Below, piece after piece: positions 10,801-20,000 of a stretch of 64,000 bases of DNA. The translations under genes were made by a program, and so were the position numbers. The stretch is from a bacterium (GTDB lineage: Bacteria; Hinthialibacterota; Hinthialibacteria; Hinthialibacterales; Hinthialibacteraceae). The notes under the pieces were generated by a model. The model did not search any database. It was not told the DNA's origin and saw only the letters and a program-made list of their open reading frames with translations. Within the stretch, counting starts at the first letter, position 1. Each line of letters begins with the position of its first letter. The stretch is from NCBI GenBank assembly GCA_963662285.2, contig CAXXMV010000001.1:128001-192000 (forward strand). The letters run 5' to 3'.

Positions 10801-11095
10801 TGATTACCTGACCAGCAAGGGATTTAAGACAGAGTCGATTCTCAAACTGCACGAAGGACGTCCTAATATCGAGGACGGCATCAAGAACAACGAGATTCAA
10901 TTGGTTATCAACACTCCCATAGGCCGCCTGGGTCAACACGACGATTCATACATCCGTAAGACAGCCGTAAAATACAAAGTGCCATACATCACCACCCTGG
11001 CCGCAGCGGTAGCAGCCGCCGAAGGCATAGCCGCCCGCCGCACCAGCGGAAACGAAGTAAAATCCCTACAAAGATACCACCAGGATATTAAGTAA
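7895..11095 (+). CDS. carB: Carbamoyl-phosphate synthase large subunit
   Basis: [30 protein letters not shown] start, duplicated ATP-grasp domains, [17 protein letters not shown], C-terminal MGS domain. Confidence 0.98.
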   Translation: [1066 protein letters not shown]

Positions 11096-11108
11096 TTAAG
11101 AAAATCAC

Positions 11109-11146
11109 ACCATAATCCTTCCCCTCTATAGGGGGAGGATTATGGT
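11109..11146 (+). terminator. Hairpin terminator after carB
   Basis: accataatcc..ccc / ggg..ggattatggt inverted repeat just after the stop codon. Confidence 0.6.
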
Positions 11147-11256
11147 AATATCATTAAATCCCCTTCCCACTCTTCTGCAATTTATTTACAGGATTGAATT
11201 TCACTTTCATACATCATCTTTTCATTTTTTGTTGCATAACATCATACAAACTCTTT

Positions 11257-11779
11257 GTAACGATTTAGTTGTTTGAAGGCAGGGTAGGCGGTAGAGGGGG
11301 CAATTGACCGGTGCAGATGGCGGTTTTCAGCGCATCCACCACTTCGCCCGACGTATTGTAGCCACGGCGTTTGAGTGTGCGAAAAACCGTCATCAGAATG
11401 GACTGCGTTTTCGCTCCCGCTTCGCTTTGGTTGCCCTGAATCATCTTGCGCATAATGACCTCCGGTTGGATATTGGCCGGAATGTCTTCGATCACGCGGG
11501 TACGTTTGGCGCTTTCGCTTTGGCAAGGCGTGACGGGCCCTCCGCAATCCGGGCATCTCTCCAGCGGAGGATGCTGTACTCGATTCGTGATTTTCGTATT
11601 TTTCTTACGCCCGCTTCCAGGATCTTTCTGAATGAGAGCGAGAATCGCCTCTTCGGTCAGTCCCCTACGCCCTACAGAATTTCCTGGAGAATTCTCTGAG
11701 CGGTTTCTTGGTTATGGTTCATACCACATATAAATTCAAAACCGCCTCTGAAGTAACGCTAGGTGTAATCTATTTTTTT
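11257..11779 (-). mobile_element. Internally deleted remnant of the IS66-family element at 55516-57047
   Basis: Starts with the right TIR gtaacgatttagtt. Pieces match the transposase C-terminus (IMRKMIQGNQSEAGAKTQS), Zn-finger region and 5' leader, with two deletions. The left TIR is missing. Confidence 0.9.
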
Positions 11780-11943
11780 GGATATACAACTACCGTTTTT
11801 TTATGGGAAAAAGGATGCGAATTATTCCATGAAATAATTCATCTAAATCGTTGTTTTAATCTAGTAATGAATCTTCTGTTATGATATAGAATACTCCAAA
11901 AATCGAATTATTTAAATTCCATGACAATTCCAAAGGAAAAACC

Positions 11944-14424
11944 ATGCCAAAGATTCTATTTGCTTTATTAATAAGTTTATTAGTAGTACATAGTTCCATT
12001 GTAATGAGTCAAGATTCAACCTCAGTGATTAACTATATCGGTGTTTTAACTGATGATGGATTGTCGGCCAATGGTGAATATGATCTAATATTTACGCTGT
12101 TTGATAAACAGACAAATGGAGTTCAAATCGGTAACTCTATGACATTTGAAAACGAATACGTTCAAACTGGCCGCATAATTCTTGACCTCGATTTTGGAAT
12201 CGGCGTGTTTGATGGGAATCCCCGATTTCTCCAAATTGCGATTCGAAGAGGAAACGACGAAGGATCGTATACCGAGCTGACTCCCCGGCAAGAAATAAAA
12301 CCCTCCCCTTACGCTATATACGCTCAAAATGCGCCCAGGAAAGTCAATGGAACCGACGGCATCGGTTTTGAGGTCGTCAATAAGAATTCCAGCGGCGTCG
12401 GTATAATCGGGCAAGCGGGAAGTTCCGAGGGTAATTCCCCCATACAGTCCGCTTCGAATAAGAAAGTTTCGGGCTTAGAGAGTTCTACGGAGAGAAACGC
12501 GCCTCTCCTTGATCCAACTCAAGGCATAGGCGTGTTGGGACGCGGGGAAATTGGCGTCAAGGGTGAAGGAAAACTTGGAGTGCTGGGAGAAAGCAGCGCT
12601 GAAAACGGTTCGGGCGTAGGGGGAGCCAGCGAAGGAGCGGAGGGTTCGGGCGTGGAAGGGATGGCGTATCATGCAAGCGCCGTTTCCTATGGCGTCAGAG
12701 GGAGCGCAATCAGTGCATTGGGATACGGGGTATACGGCGAAAACCTCTCGAAATCCGATATAGGAATCGGCGTATACGGTAAAAGCGAAAATGGCTTCGG
12801 CGTCAACGGCGATGGGAAGATCGGCGTCGGGGGCATGAGCGAGGTGGAGGGCGGAATTGGAGTTGCCGGTTCCGCGATTAGCGCTCAAGGCGAATCGTCC
12901 GGGGTGGAAGGCGAAACTAACAGTCCAAGGGGATACGGAGTATTCGGCGTCAATAATTCGCAATTGGAAGGCGGAACGGCTGTGGGAGTAAAAGGTTTGA
13001 GTTCCAAGGGAATCGGCGTACTCGGCGAAGGAGCCGTCGGTGTTTTGGGAGAAAGCAGCGCCGAAAACGGTTCGGGCGTAGGGGGAACCAGCGAAGGATC
13101 GGAGGGCGTGGGTGTGGAAGGGATGGCGTATCACGCAAGCGCCGTTTCCTATGGCGTCAGAGGGAGCGCAATCAGTGCGTTGGGATACGGGGTATACGGC
13201 GAAAACCTCTCGAAATCCGATATAGGAATCGGCGTATACGGTAAAAGCGAAAATGGCTTCGGCGTCACTGGCGATGGGAAGATCGGCGTCGGGGGCATGA
13301 GCGAGGTGGAGGGCGGAATTGGAGTTGCCGGTTCCGCGATTAGCGCTCAAGGCGAATCGTCCGGGGTGGAAGGCGAAACTAACAGTCCAAGGGGATACGG
13401 AGTATTCGGCGTCAATAATTCGCAATTGGAAGGCGGAACGGCTGTGGGAGTAAAAGGTTTGAGTTCCAAGGGAATCGGCGTACTCGGCGAAGGAGCCGTC
13501 GGTGTTTTGGGAGAAAGCAGCGCCGAAAACGGTTCGGGCGTAGGGGGAACCAGCGAAGGAGCGGAGGGCTCGGGCGTGGAAGGGATGGCGTATCATGCAA
13601 GCGCGGTTTCCTACGGCGTCAGAGGGAGCGCAATCAGTGCGTTAGGATACGGAGTGCACGGCGAGAACCTCTCGAAGTCTGATCTGGGAATCGGCGTACA
13701 CGGAAAAAGCGAAAACGGAACCGGCGTTGACGGAGAGGGAAAGATCGGCGTTGCAGGAATGAGCGATAATGAAGAAGGCATTGGTGTTTGCGGCGCTTCA
13801 TTGGGTAAAAATGGAGTCGGCGTTGCAGGAGATGGAGGCGCCAATAACGTGGGTGGGCGTTTTATGAGTACCAATAACGTAGCGCTTCTCGCCCAAAGCG
13901 AGAAAGGAAATCCCTTCGAAGCCTGGAACGGCAACGAAGCGGTATTCCGCGTTAGCAACAGCGGAAATGTCTATGCCGATGGAACGTACCAAAGCCCCGC
14001 TGCCGATTTTGCAGAAATGCTTCCCGCCGCCGAGGGCTTAGAACCGGGAGACGTTCTTTCCATCTCCCCCGAAGGAAAAGCGATCCTATCCGATGTGGAC
14101 AAGGCCAGTTCTATTATGGGCGTCTATTCCACTAAACCAGCCTTTCTTGGAGGAATTTCCGGATCGGAAACAGGAAGCCATAAAGTTCCGGTGGCCATCA
14201 TGGGCGTGGTTCCCGTAAAGACATCGAATGAGAACGGCCCCGTTCGCCCCAACGATGTTTTGACCGCCAGCTCTAAATATCCAGGTCACGCCTGCAAGGC
14301 GAAACCGCTATTGACAACCGAAAACGGACAGGCGATCTATGCGGGGGGAACGATTCTCGGACGTGCTCTATCCTCGCTGGATGGCGAAACAGGTCTGGTG
14401 AAGGCGCTCATTCAATTGCGATAA
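11944..14424 (+). CDS. Secreted Gly-rich fibre-like protein with C-terminal intramolecular-chaperone/autocleavage (peptidase G2-like) domain
   Basis: Signal peptide, N-domain INYIGVL...ANGEYDLIFTLFD, long GVxG repeats, then ADFAE...GVYSTKP...VAIMGVVPVK...GRAL tail resembling phi29/GA-1 appendage chaperones. Confidence 0.7.
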   Translation: MPKILFALLISLLVVHSSIVMSQDSTSVINYIGVLTDDGLSANGEYDLIFTLFDKQTNGVQIGNSMTFENEYVQTGRIILDLDFGIGVFDGNPRFLQIAIRRGNDEGSYTELTPRQEIKPSPYAIYAQNAPRKVNGTDGIGFEVVNKNSSGVGIIGQAGSSEGNSPIQSASNKKVSGLESSTERNAPLLDPTQGIGVLGRGEIGVKGEGKLGVLGESSAENGSGVGGASEGAEGSGVEGMAYHASAVSYGVRGSAISALGYGVYGENLSKSDIGIGVYGKSENGFGVNGDGKIGVGGMSEVEGGIGVAGSAISAQGESSGVEGETNSPRGYGVFGVNNSQLEGGTAVGVKGLSSKGIGVLGEGAVGVLGESSAENGSGVGGTSEGSEGVGVEGMAYHASAVSYGVRGSAISALGYGVYGENLSKSDIGIGVYGKSENGFGVTGDGKIGVGGMSEVEGGIGVAGSAISAQGESSGVEGETNSPRGYGVFGVNNSQLEGGTAVGVKGLSSKGIGVLGEGAVGVLGESSAENGSGVGGTSEGAEGSGVEGMAYHASAVSYGVRGSAISALGYGVHGENLSKSDLGIGVHGKSENGTGVDGEGKIGVAGMSDNEEGIGVCGASLGKNGVGVAGDGGANNVGGRFMSTNNVALLAQSEKGNPFEAWNGNEAVFRVSNSGNVYADGTYQSPAADFAEMLPAAEGLEPGDVLSISPEGKAILSDVDKASSIMGVYSTKPAFLGGISGSETGSHKVPVAIMGVVPVKTSNENGPVRPNDVLTASSKYPGHACKAKPLLTTENGQAIYAGGTILGRALSSLDGETGLVKALIQLR
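12586..13760 (+). repeat. 462-bp (154-aa) in-frame tandem repeat, about 2.5 copies
   Basis: ggagaaagcagcgc starts at 12586, 13048 and 13510. Copies are nearly identical. The end point is approximate. Confidence 0.95.
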
Positions 14425-14477
14425 ATTCAACGCCACTCGACCGGGTCAGTAAAACATCCAGATATTGGGGAAGAACA

Positions 14478-16238
14478 ATGACTGCTTTCAATCGTTATTT
14501 CATGCTATTAATACTATCACTCGTATCACTCGCGACGGCGATACAGACATACGGAGCGGGGGAAACGCCGCCGTTTCCGAAATACACTACAGTCGATTTG
14601 GGAGATTTCGAACCCATCGCGATTAATAATGTGGGGAATGCGATCGGAGCTATTCGCGATACCCAAACTAACGCCGTCAAATACGCATTTTGGAAACAAG
14701 GCGAAACTTTCGAAATAAAGGGCTTGAGCGGAGAAATGATCCAACTGAGGGATATCAACGATCTGGATCAGGTCGTTGGAGGAGATTACAAACTGTTCGA
14801 GGACGGCGCCAAGAAGTTTCACGCGTTTCTTTGGGAAAACGGCGCGACGACCGATCTACATCCCACCGAGTTGGAAGATAAATTCAATTTATATCTAAAC
14901 GATCCAGATTACATCGTTAAAACGGACGTAGCGATGCATAACAGCAGCGACGCGTGGGGGATCAACAATCAGGGCGCGATAGTTGGCTATTCCTTGGGCC
15001 AATTCACAGAGCCATTTTACGAACTCCTCTTCACCGACATAACGAACGATAATAAAGAGGTGAAACACATATCCATTAACTTACAAACTTTAATGGGAGC
15101 GATGTGGCAAAATGGAGAGCAACACGTTGTAGGATATCCGATGAAACAAGACGAGAACAATGTTTACCCATTTTACTTTTATCCCTATTGGTATCCAACG
15201 AGCATTAACGACTTGGGCGACGTAACGGGAAGGATGTTTTTCGGTCGAGGCGCGCCGCCGACGGATTGGACGCTTTTGAATCAAAAATATGCATTTGTTG
15301 TCAGGAACGGATCGATATCGATTTTGAAAGGCCCCGATGGAGAAGAAAGCGAAGGAGTAAAGATCAATAATTCAGGATACGTGCTGGGACATTACGATTC
15401 CAGCTTGGGAGAAGGGTACCGCGTTTGTTATTGGTATGACGGACGATGCGTCTCGTTGCACCAATCCTCGTGGCTAACCGAATATGCCTACGATATCAAC
15501 GACGCCACCCCGTCACCTCAAATCGTAGGATTTGCGATGGACCAAGAGGCAACGAATATGTTCGCCTTTCTGGCGCAAAACGATACTGTCATCAATCTGA
15601 ACGAATTGATCGACGCCGATTCGGGTTGGTATTTAGAAACGGCGCAATCGATCAACGATCAGGGGTGGATAGCCGGTTCGGGTATTTATCAAAACCAACG
15701 ACGGGGATTTCTCTTAAAACCAGAGTCCGGGCCTATATTTAAGATCGACAATAAGGGTAACGTTTTCGCGGATGGAACCTATCAAACGCCCGCCGCCGAT
15801 TTCGCCGAACGATGGCTGGTCAGTTCGTCCATCGATCCAACGGAATTGAGCGCCGGTCACGTTCTGTCTCTGAACTCCGATGGCGGCGTGCAATTAGCCC
15901 ATGCAAGGGAATCCATTGCGATTCTTGGAATCTATGCCTCAAAACCAGGATTGCTTGCGGGTTCGCCAAAATTGCCGACGAAATCAAACCGAGGCGCGGT
16001 GTACGTTCCGGTGGCAATGACAGGCATCGTCCCGGCCAAAGCCTGTTGTGAAAACGGTCCTATCATTCCGGGCGACTTGTTATCAATCAGTCGAGAGAAG
16101 CCAGGATATCTTGCTAAAAGCGTTCCGCAAACATTGGGGGAACTCGACTTTCATCCAGTGGGTTCGATTGTGGGGAAAGCGCTCGCTCCCCTGACGGAAG
16201 AAGAAGGGCTCATTCGAATCCTTCTCATCATGCCTTAG
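14478..16238 (+). CDS. Secreted HAF-repeat protein with the same C-terminal ADFAE chaperone-like domain
   Basis: Signal peptide, 'AxxINxxGxVVG' and FHAFLWENG repeats. The C-terminal GNVFADGTYQTPAADFAE is nearly identical to that of 11944-14424. Confidence 0.75.
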   Translation: MTAFNRYFMLLILSLVSLATAIQTYGAGETPPFPKYTTVDLGDFEPIAINNVGNAIGAIRDTQTNAVKYAFWKQGETFEIKGLSGEMIQLRDINDLDQVVGGDYKLFEDGAKKFHAFLWENGATTDLHPTELEDKFNLYLNDPDYIVKTDVAMHNSSDAWGINNQGAIVGYSLGQFTEPFYELLFTDITNDNKEVKHISINLQTLMGAMWQNGEQHVVGYPMKQDENNVYPFYFYPYWYPTSINDLGDVTGRMFFGRGAPPTDWTLLNQKYAFVVRNGSISILKGPDGEESEGVKINNSGYVLGHYDSSLGEGYRVCYWYDGRCVSLHQSSWLTEYAYDINDATPSPQIVGFAMDQEATNMFAFLAQNDTVINLNELIDADSGWYLETAQSINDQGWIAGSGIYQNQRRGFLLKPESGPIFKIDNKGNVFADGTYQTPAADFAERWLVSSSIDPTELSAGHVLSLNSDGGVQLAHARESIAILGIYASKPGLLAGSPKLPTKSNRGAVYVPVAMTGIVPAKACCENGPIIPGDLLSISREKPGYLAKSVPQTLGELDFHPVGSIVGKALAPLTEEEGLIRILLIMP

Positions 16239-16250
16239 AGAGGTGGAAAG

Positions 16251-16523
16251 ATGAATCAATTGTGTAAATCCATTTTGGGATGCGTCTTGATTTTGGCTGT
16301 GTTGATTCCGTTGCTATCCTTCTCTGCGGAGTCATTCGATATACCGTTCTGGACTTTCCACTCCAACGCGGGAACATCCGAAGGGGGAGAATACAAAATC
16401 CAATCCACAATCGGTCAAACAGTGAGTGAGACATCGCGCGGAGGCTCGTTCGTCATCAAGGCGGGCGTTTTAGATTATTTTTCCGGTTTTGAAGTCGACG
16501 TGAGAGATTGGATGATTTATTAA
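16251..16523 (+). CDS. Small secreted protein (GTSxGGxY..TIGQ type) with W-x-x-Y C-terminal tail
   Basis: GAGG RBS, signal peptide, FWTFHSNAGTSEGGEYKIQSTIGQ...GGSFVIKAG, ends VRDWMIY. Operonic with the two preceding genes. Confidence 0.7.
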   Translation: MNQLCKSILGCVLILAVLIPLLSFSAESFDIPFWTFHSNAGTSEGGEYKIQSTIGQTVSETSRGGSFVIKAGVLDYFSGFEVDVRDWMIY

Positions 16524-17074
16524 AATCTGATACTCAATCGATTATTACTACAATGGTCTAGGATCACGAAATATAATTCATAATCGCCTTGGGAAATCAG
16601 AAAGATTAGTGGTTTCCATGTGGAGTGTGCGGATCACTCGACCGAGTCCTAGACCGGCTCACAGATAGAATCAATAGATATGTTTTGATATGAGAATTAA
16701 ACTTGAGATTCGCCATCATCAGATTCTCGCTCGATACCCCCAATGACAATCAATGAAAGTAAAGGCTTTTCAGTTTGGAGTTTACTGGAACAACATACAA
16801 AGAGCGTTTTGGTAATTCGCTATATATCGATTTGAGCATCGCGAGATGGGTTCGATTCTTTGCTGTGGGATTAACAAGATTTCCCGGAGAAAAGGCTAAG
16901 AATACAAGACTTTCAGAAAGTTATCTACCGGCCAGAGTGTATAGCCAAGGCCATTTGAATGTTTTTTAAACATAGAGTTGACTTAAGGCAAACAATATTG
17001 TCTAATATTAAAGATTAAACAATTTGGTGCTATTTAATTAAGCACATGGAGCTATATAAAAAAAGGTTCGGATC

Positions 17075-20000
17075 ATGAATAACAAATCCTATGTTTTTTC
17101 AGTCTTTTTACTGTTGGTCATATTTTTCTTATTTCCTTCGTCCATTCTTTTGGCGCAGACTGGCCTATTAAAAGGCGATGTTACACGAGATGGAACAATC
17201 GACGGCCGGGATGCTTTACGCATCCTTCAACATATTGAAGGCGTTATTACCCTATCGGACGATCAGGTTCAGCAAGGCGATGTTTATCCATTGCCAGACG
17301 GTAATGGTGCATCCGGCGGCGATGGCATTTTGAGCCAGGATGATGCGCTAACTATTCTGCGAATCGGCGTTGGTTTAATCACTGCTGGAGACATATCGAA
17401 CAATTTTAACGAATCTCCTCCGGTCATCGATGATTTCGAACCCCAAAGCGCAATCTCCGGGGAAACAATAACCATCACAGGTTCGAATTTTCCCACAGCG
17501 CATCCAACGGAAACCATCTTATTGATCGGCAGCCTTCCCGTGGAGATTCTCTCCATCGAAAACAATGCTATAAAATTCCTGATTCCTGAAATAGCCCAAA
17601 GCGGGATTCTTCGCCTTTTTACTCCAGGGGGGGTCGCCGAAAGTTCCAACCCGTTATTCATCCTGACGGGAACGCCAGGCGTCCTGAAACTAGAAGAGAA
17701 TTCCAATCTCAAAGATTTCATGGTATTCACGCCTTATGACGCCGTGGAGATTGAAAATACAAACGGCTTATTTACGCTTCACTTACCACTGGATACGATG
17801 GTGCTTATCGGCGCGTCTTCCAGTGCGGAAAATCGACCGGGCATCTATCTTTACTTGCGTTTGCCTGATGAAGCGGCTTCGACTCAACCGTTTCAGATCG
17901 ATGAGTATTCCACCGCCAAAGCCCTGGTCTTTTTTCATCCCTTTTTATCAACGAGAGATACCAATAGCGCGCGCTACCTTTTTAATCTGATGGAGCAGAC
18001 GCCGGAAGTGCAGGCGCTGGCCGACACCATCGCGCAACGCTATCCCCTTGGAGCCGATGGCCTCGACGACCCGGAAGTTGGCACCGCATGGGAAAAGGCC
18101 GCTTCCGTAATACTGAACAAAGCCATCCAAAATCAAGCAGCCTTAGTGACGCAACAATCCGTATCCGTGAAATCCCCCCGGCGTGCAGCGTCGTATACAC
18201 AGTCCTCCAATATCGCTAACAAAATTAACTCTACGCCAGCTTTTCAAGATTCGGCCAAGATGGTTAAACCAATGGCCGAAGATTCCGGCGAACTACCAGT
18301 AAAAATTTATGGCATAGACGCCTTGTTTATCGCCCCGGAATACATCCCAGAAAAACACGGCATTAAGATGAAACTGGATAATTACAGCCCGATCGATTGG
18401 GTATCCACCCTATACCGTCTGGATACCAACGATATGCCGCGCGGCATCAACGAGTCGTTTCTCGGCATGAGAAACCGGGGCGTTCGCACGACGGGGTACG
18501 AAATATCCACTGTCGTGCCCGCCAATCAATGGACGGCTAAAATCGATCTGTTGTATTTCGCCGTCGATTGGTCGATTAATTCGATCCTGGAAAAATTCGT
18601 GGAAGGGGGAAACGTCCTTCCGCTTGAAGAAGGCGCCTTTAACCGCTTGGAAGACAGCGTGTATCTTCTTCATTCGTTCAGTGGATCGCTCTACACGGGC
18701 CTCGAACATGAAAAACCGGATTTCAAGGCCATCCAAGCGCTTAATACAGGAAATACGATGGCCCTCTATTCCACCTCTATAAACATCACGATCGCCGCCG
18801 TCGATCTCTGGGATCTGCTTACCGGCGAATCCAAGCGTTGGACGCGCGCCGCCATGAAAAAAGGCATTCAAAACGCCGTTCGTAAAATCTCACAACGGCT
18901 TTCCAATGTGTCTTTGGAAACAGTAACAGCTAGTGATATTATCGGAATACTTTTAGAAGGAACCGTTGAAGCCGTCAAAGGCGGTCTTACCTCGGCTCCC
19001 CAGGGCTTAATCACCTGGAGTCATAAAAAACTGGGTGAAGAAGCAGAGGAAAAACTTAAGCAAGCCCAAGGCAAATTACAAAAATCATGCTTGCAATGCA
19101 TGAGCCGCGCCAATGCCGTACTTGGAGCGTTGGACAAAATATCGTCATTCGGCCGCGTCGCCGAGCGGCTTCTGGGATTGATTGGCCGCTTGATCAACGT
19201 CTACGATTTCGAACTGTCCGAAGCTGTTTCGCCGCTCGAATCCCATCTCATTGTTGTCGGCGATCCCTTCAGTCCCTCGGCCTATTCCATGGCGCCCACC
19301 GAAGGCGCACCCGGTACAGAAGTTACCATTCTGGGCTATCTCTTCGCCTCCAAACCCGAAGACAACACTGTTCTGTTCGGCAATAGAGAAGCCAAAGTTT
19401 TATCGGTTGATAAAAGAGAAAAACTAGTGGTGGAGGTTCCTCAAGGCCTGAATTACAACTACGAACAGCAAATCAGCATTGAAACTCCCGCAATGATGAA
19501 AGCGGCCATCGTACCTCAAAAATTCAAGATAAAACGAATTCCCTACATTACATCTGTAACCCCCCTTCGAGTCTTCTCATCTGTTGCCAATGATGATCCC
19601 GGTCCCTTTGCCGGAATGTTTTCCTCCATCTCAATCAAAGGTTCGGGTCTTAGATCGACCACCGAAACGCCCGATAGAGTCTTTCTGGACGATCTGGAAT
19701 TGACGAATCTATACATAACGGCCAATGAGATACAGGCTACGCTTCCGCCGAATCTGCCATCGAAAAACTACCTGGTTACCATTGTTTCTCCCGACAACGA
19801 CGATTATCGAGCTATAGGTCCCTATATCGATATCATGGGCAAACCGGTAGCGCAAAAACTTTCACCCGCCGAAGCCAGAGCCGGACAATACATCACCATC
19901 ACCGGCTATGACTTTGGCTCCACAACCATCGCCGTCAAAGTAGGCGGCGTTCTCTCACCGGAAATCAAGAAAGTCAGTGATACCGAGGTCATCTTTCGCA

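Noticed and set aside
12475-13596. 373-aa antisense ORF with repeats
   Set aside because: Mirror of the Gly-rich tandem repeat on the coding strand.
11944-16238. Prophage tail-fibre module
   Set aside because: Both proteins have signal peptides and there are no capsid, terminase, tail or integrase genes nearby.
16555-16656. ggtctagga...tcctagacc inverted repeat as a MITE or ncRNA
   Set aside because: Only 9 bp, no target duplication and no second copy in the window.
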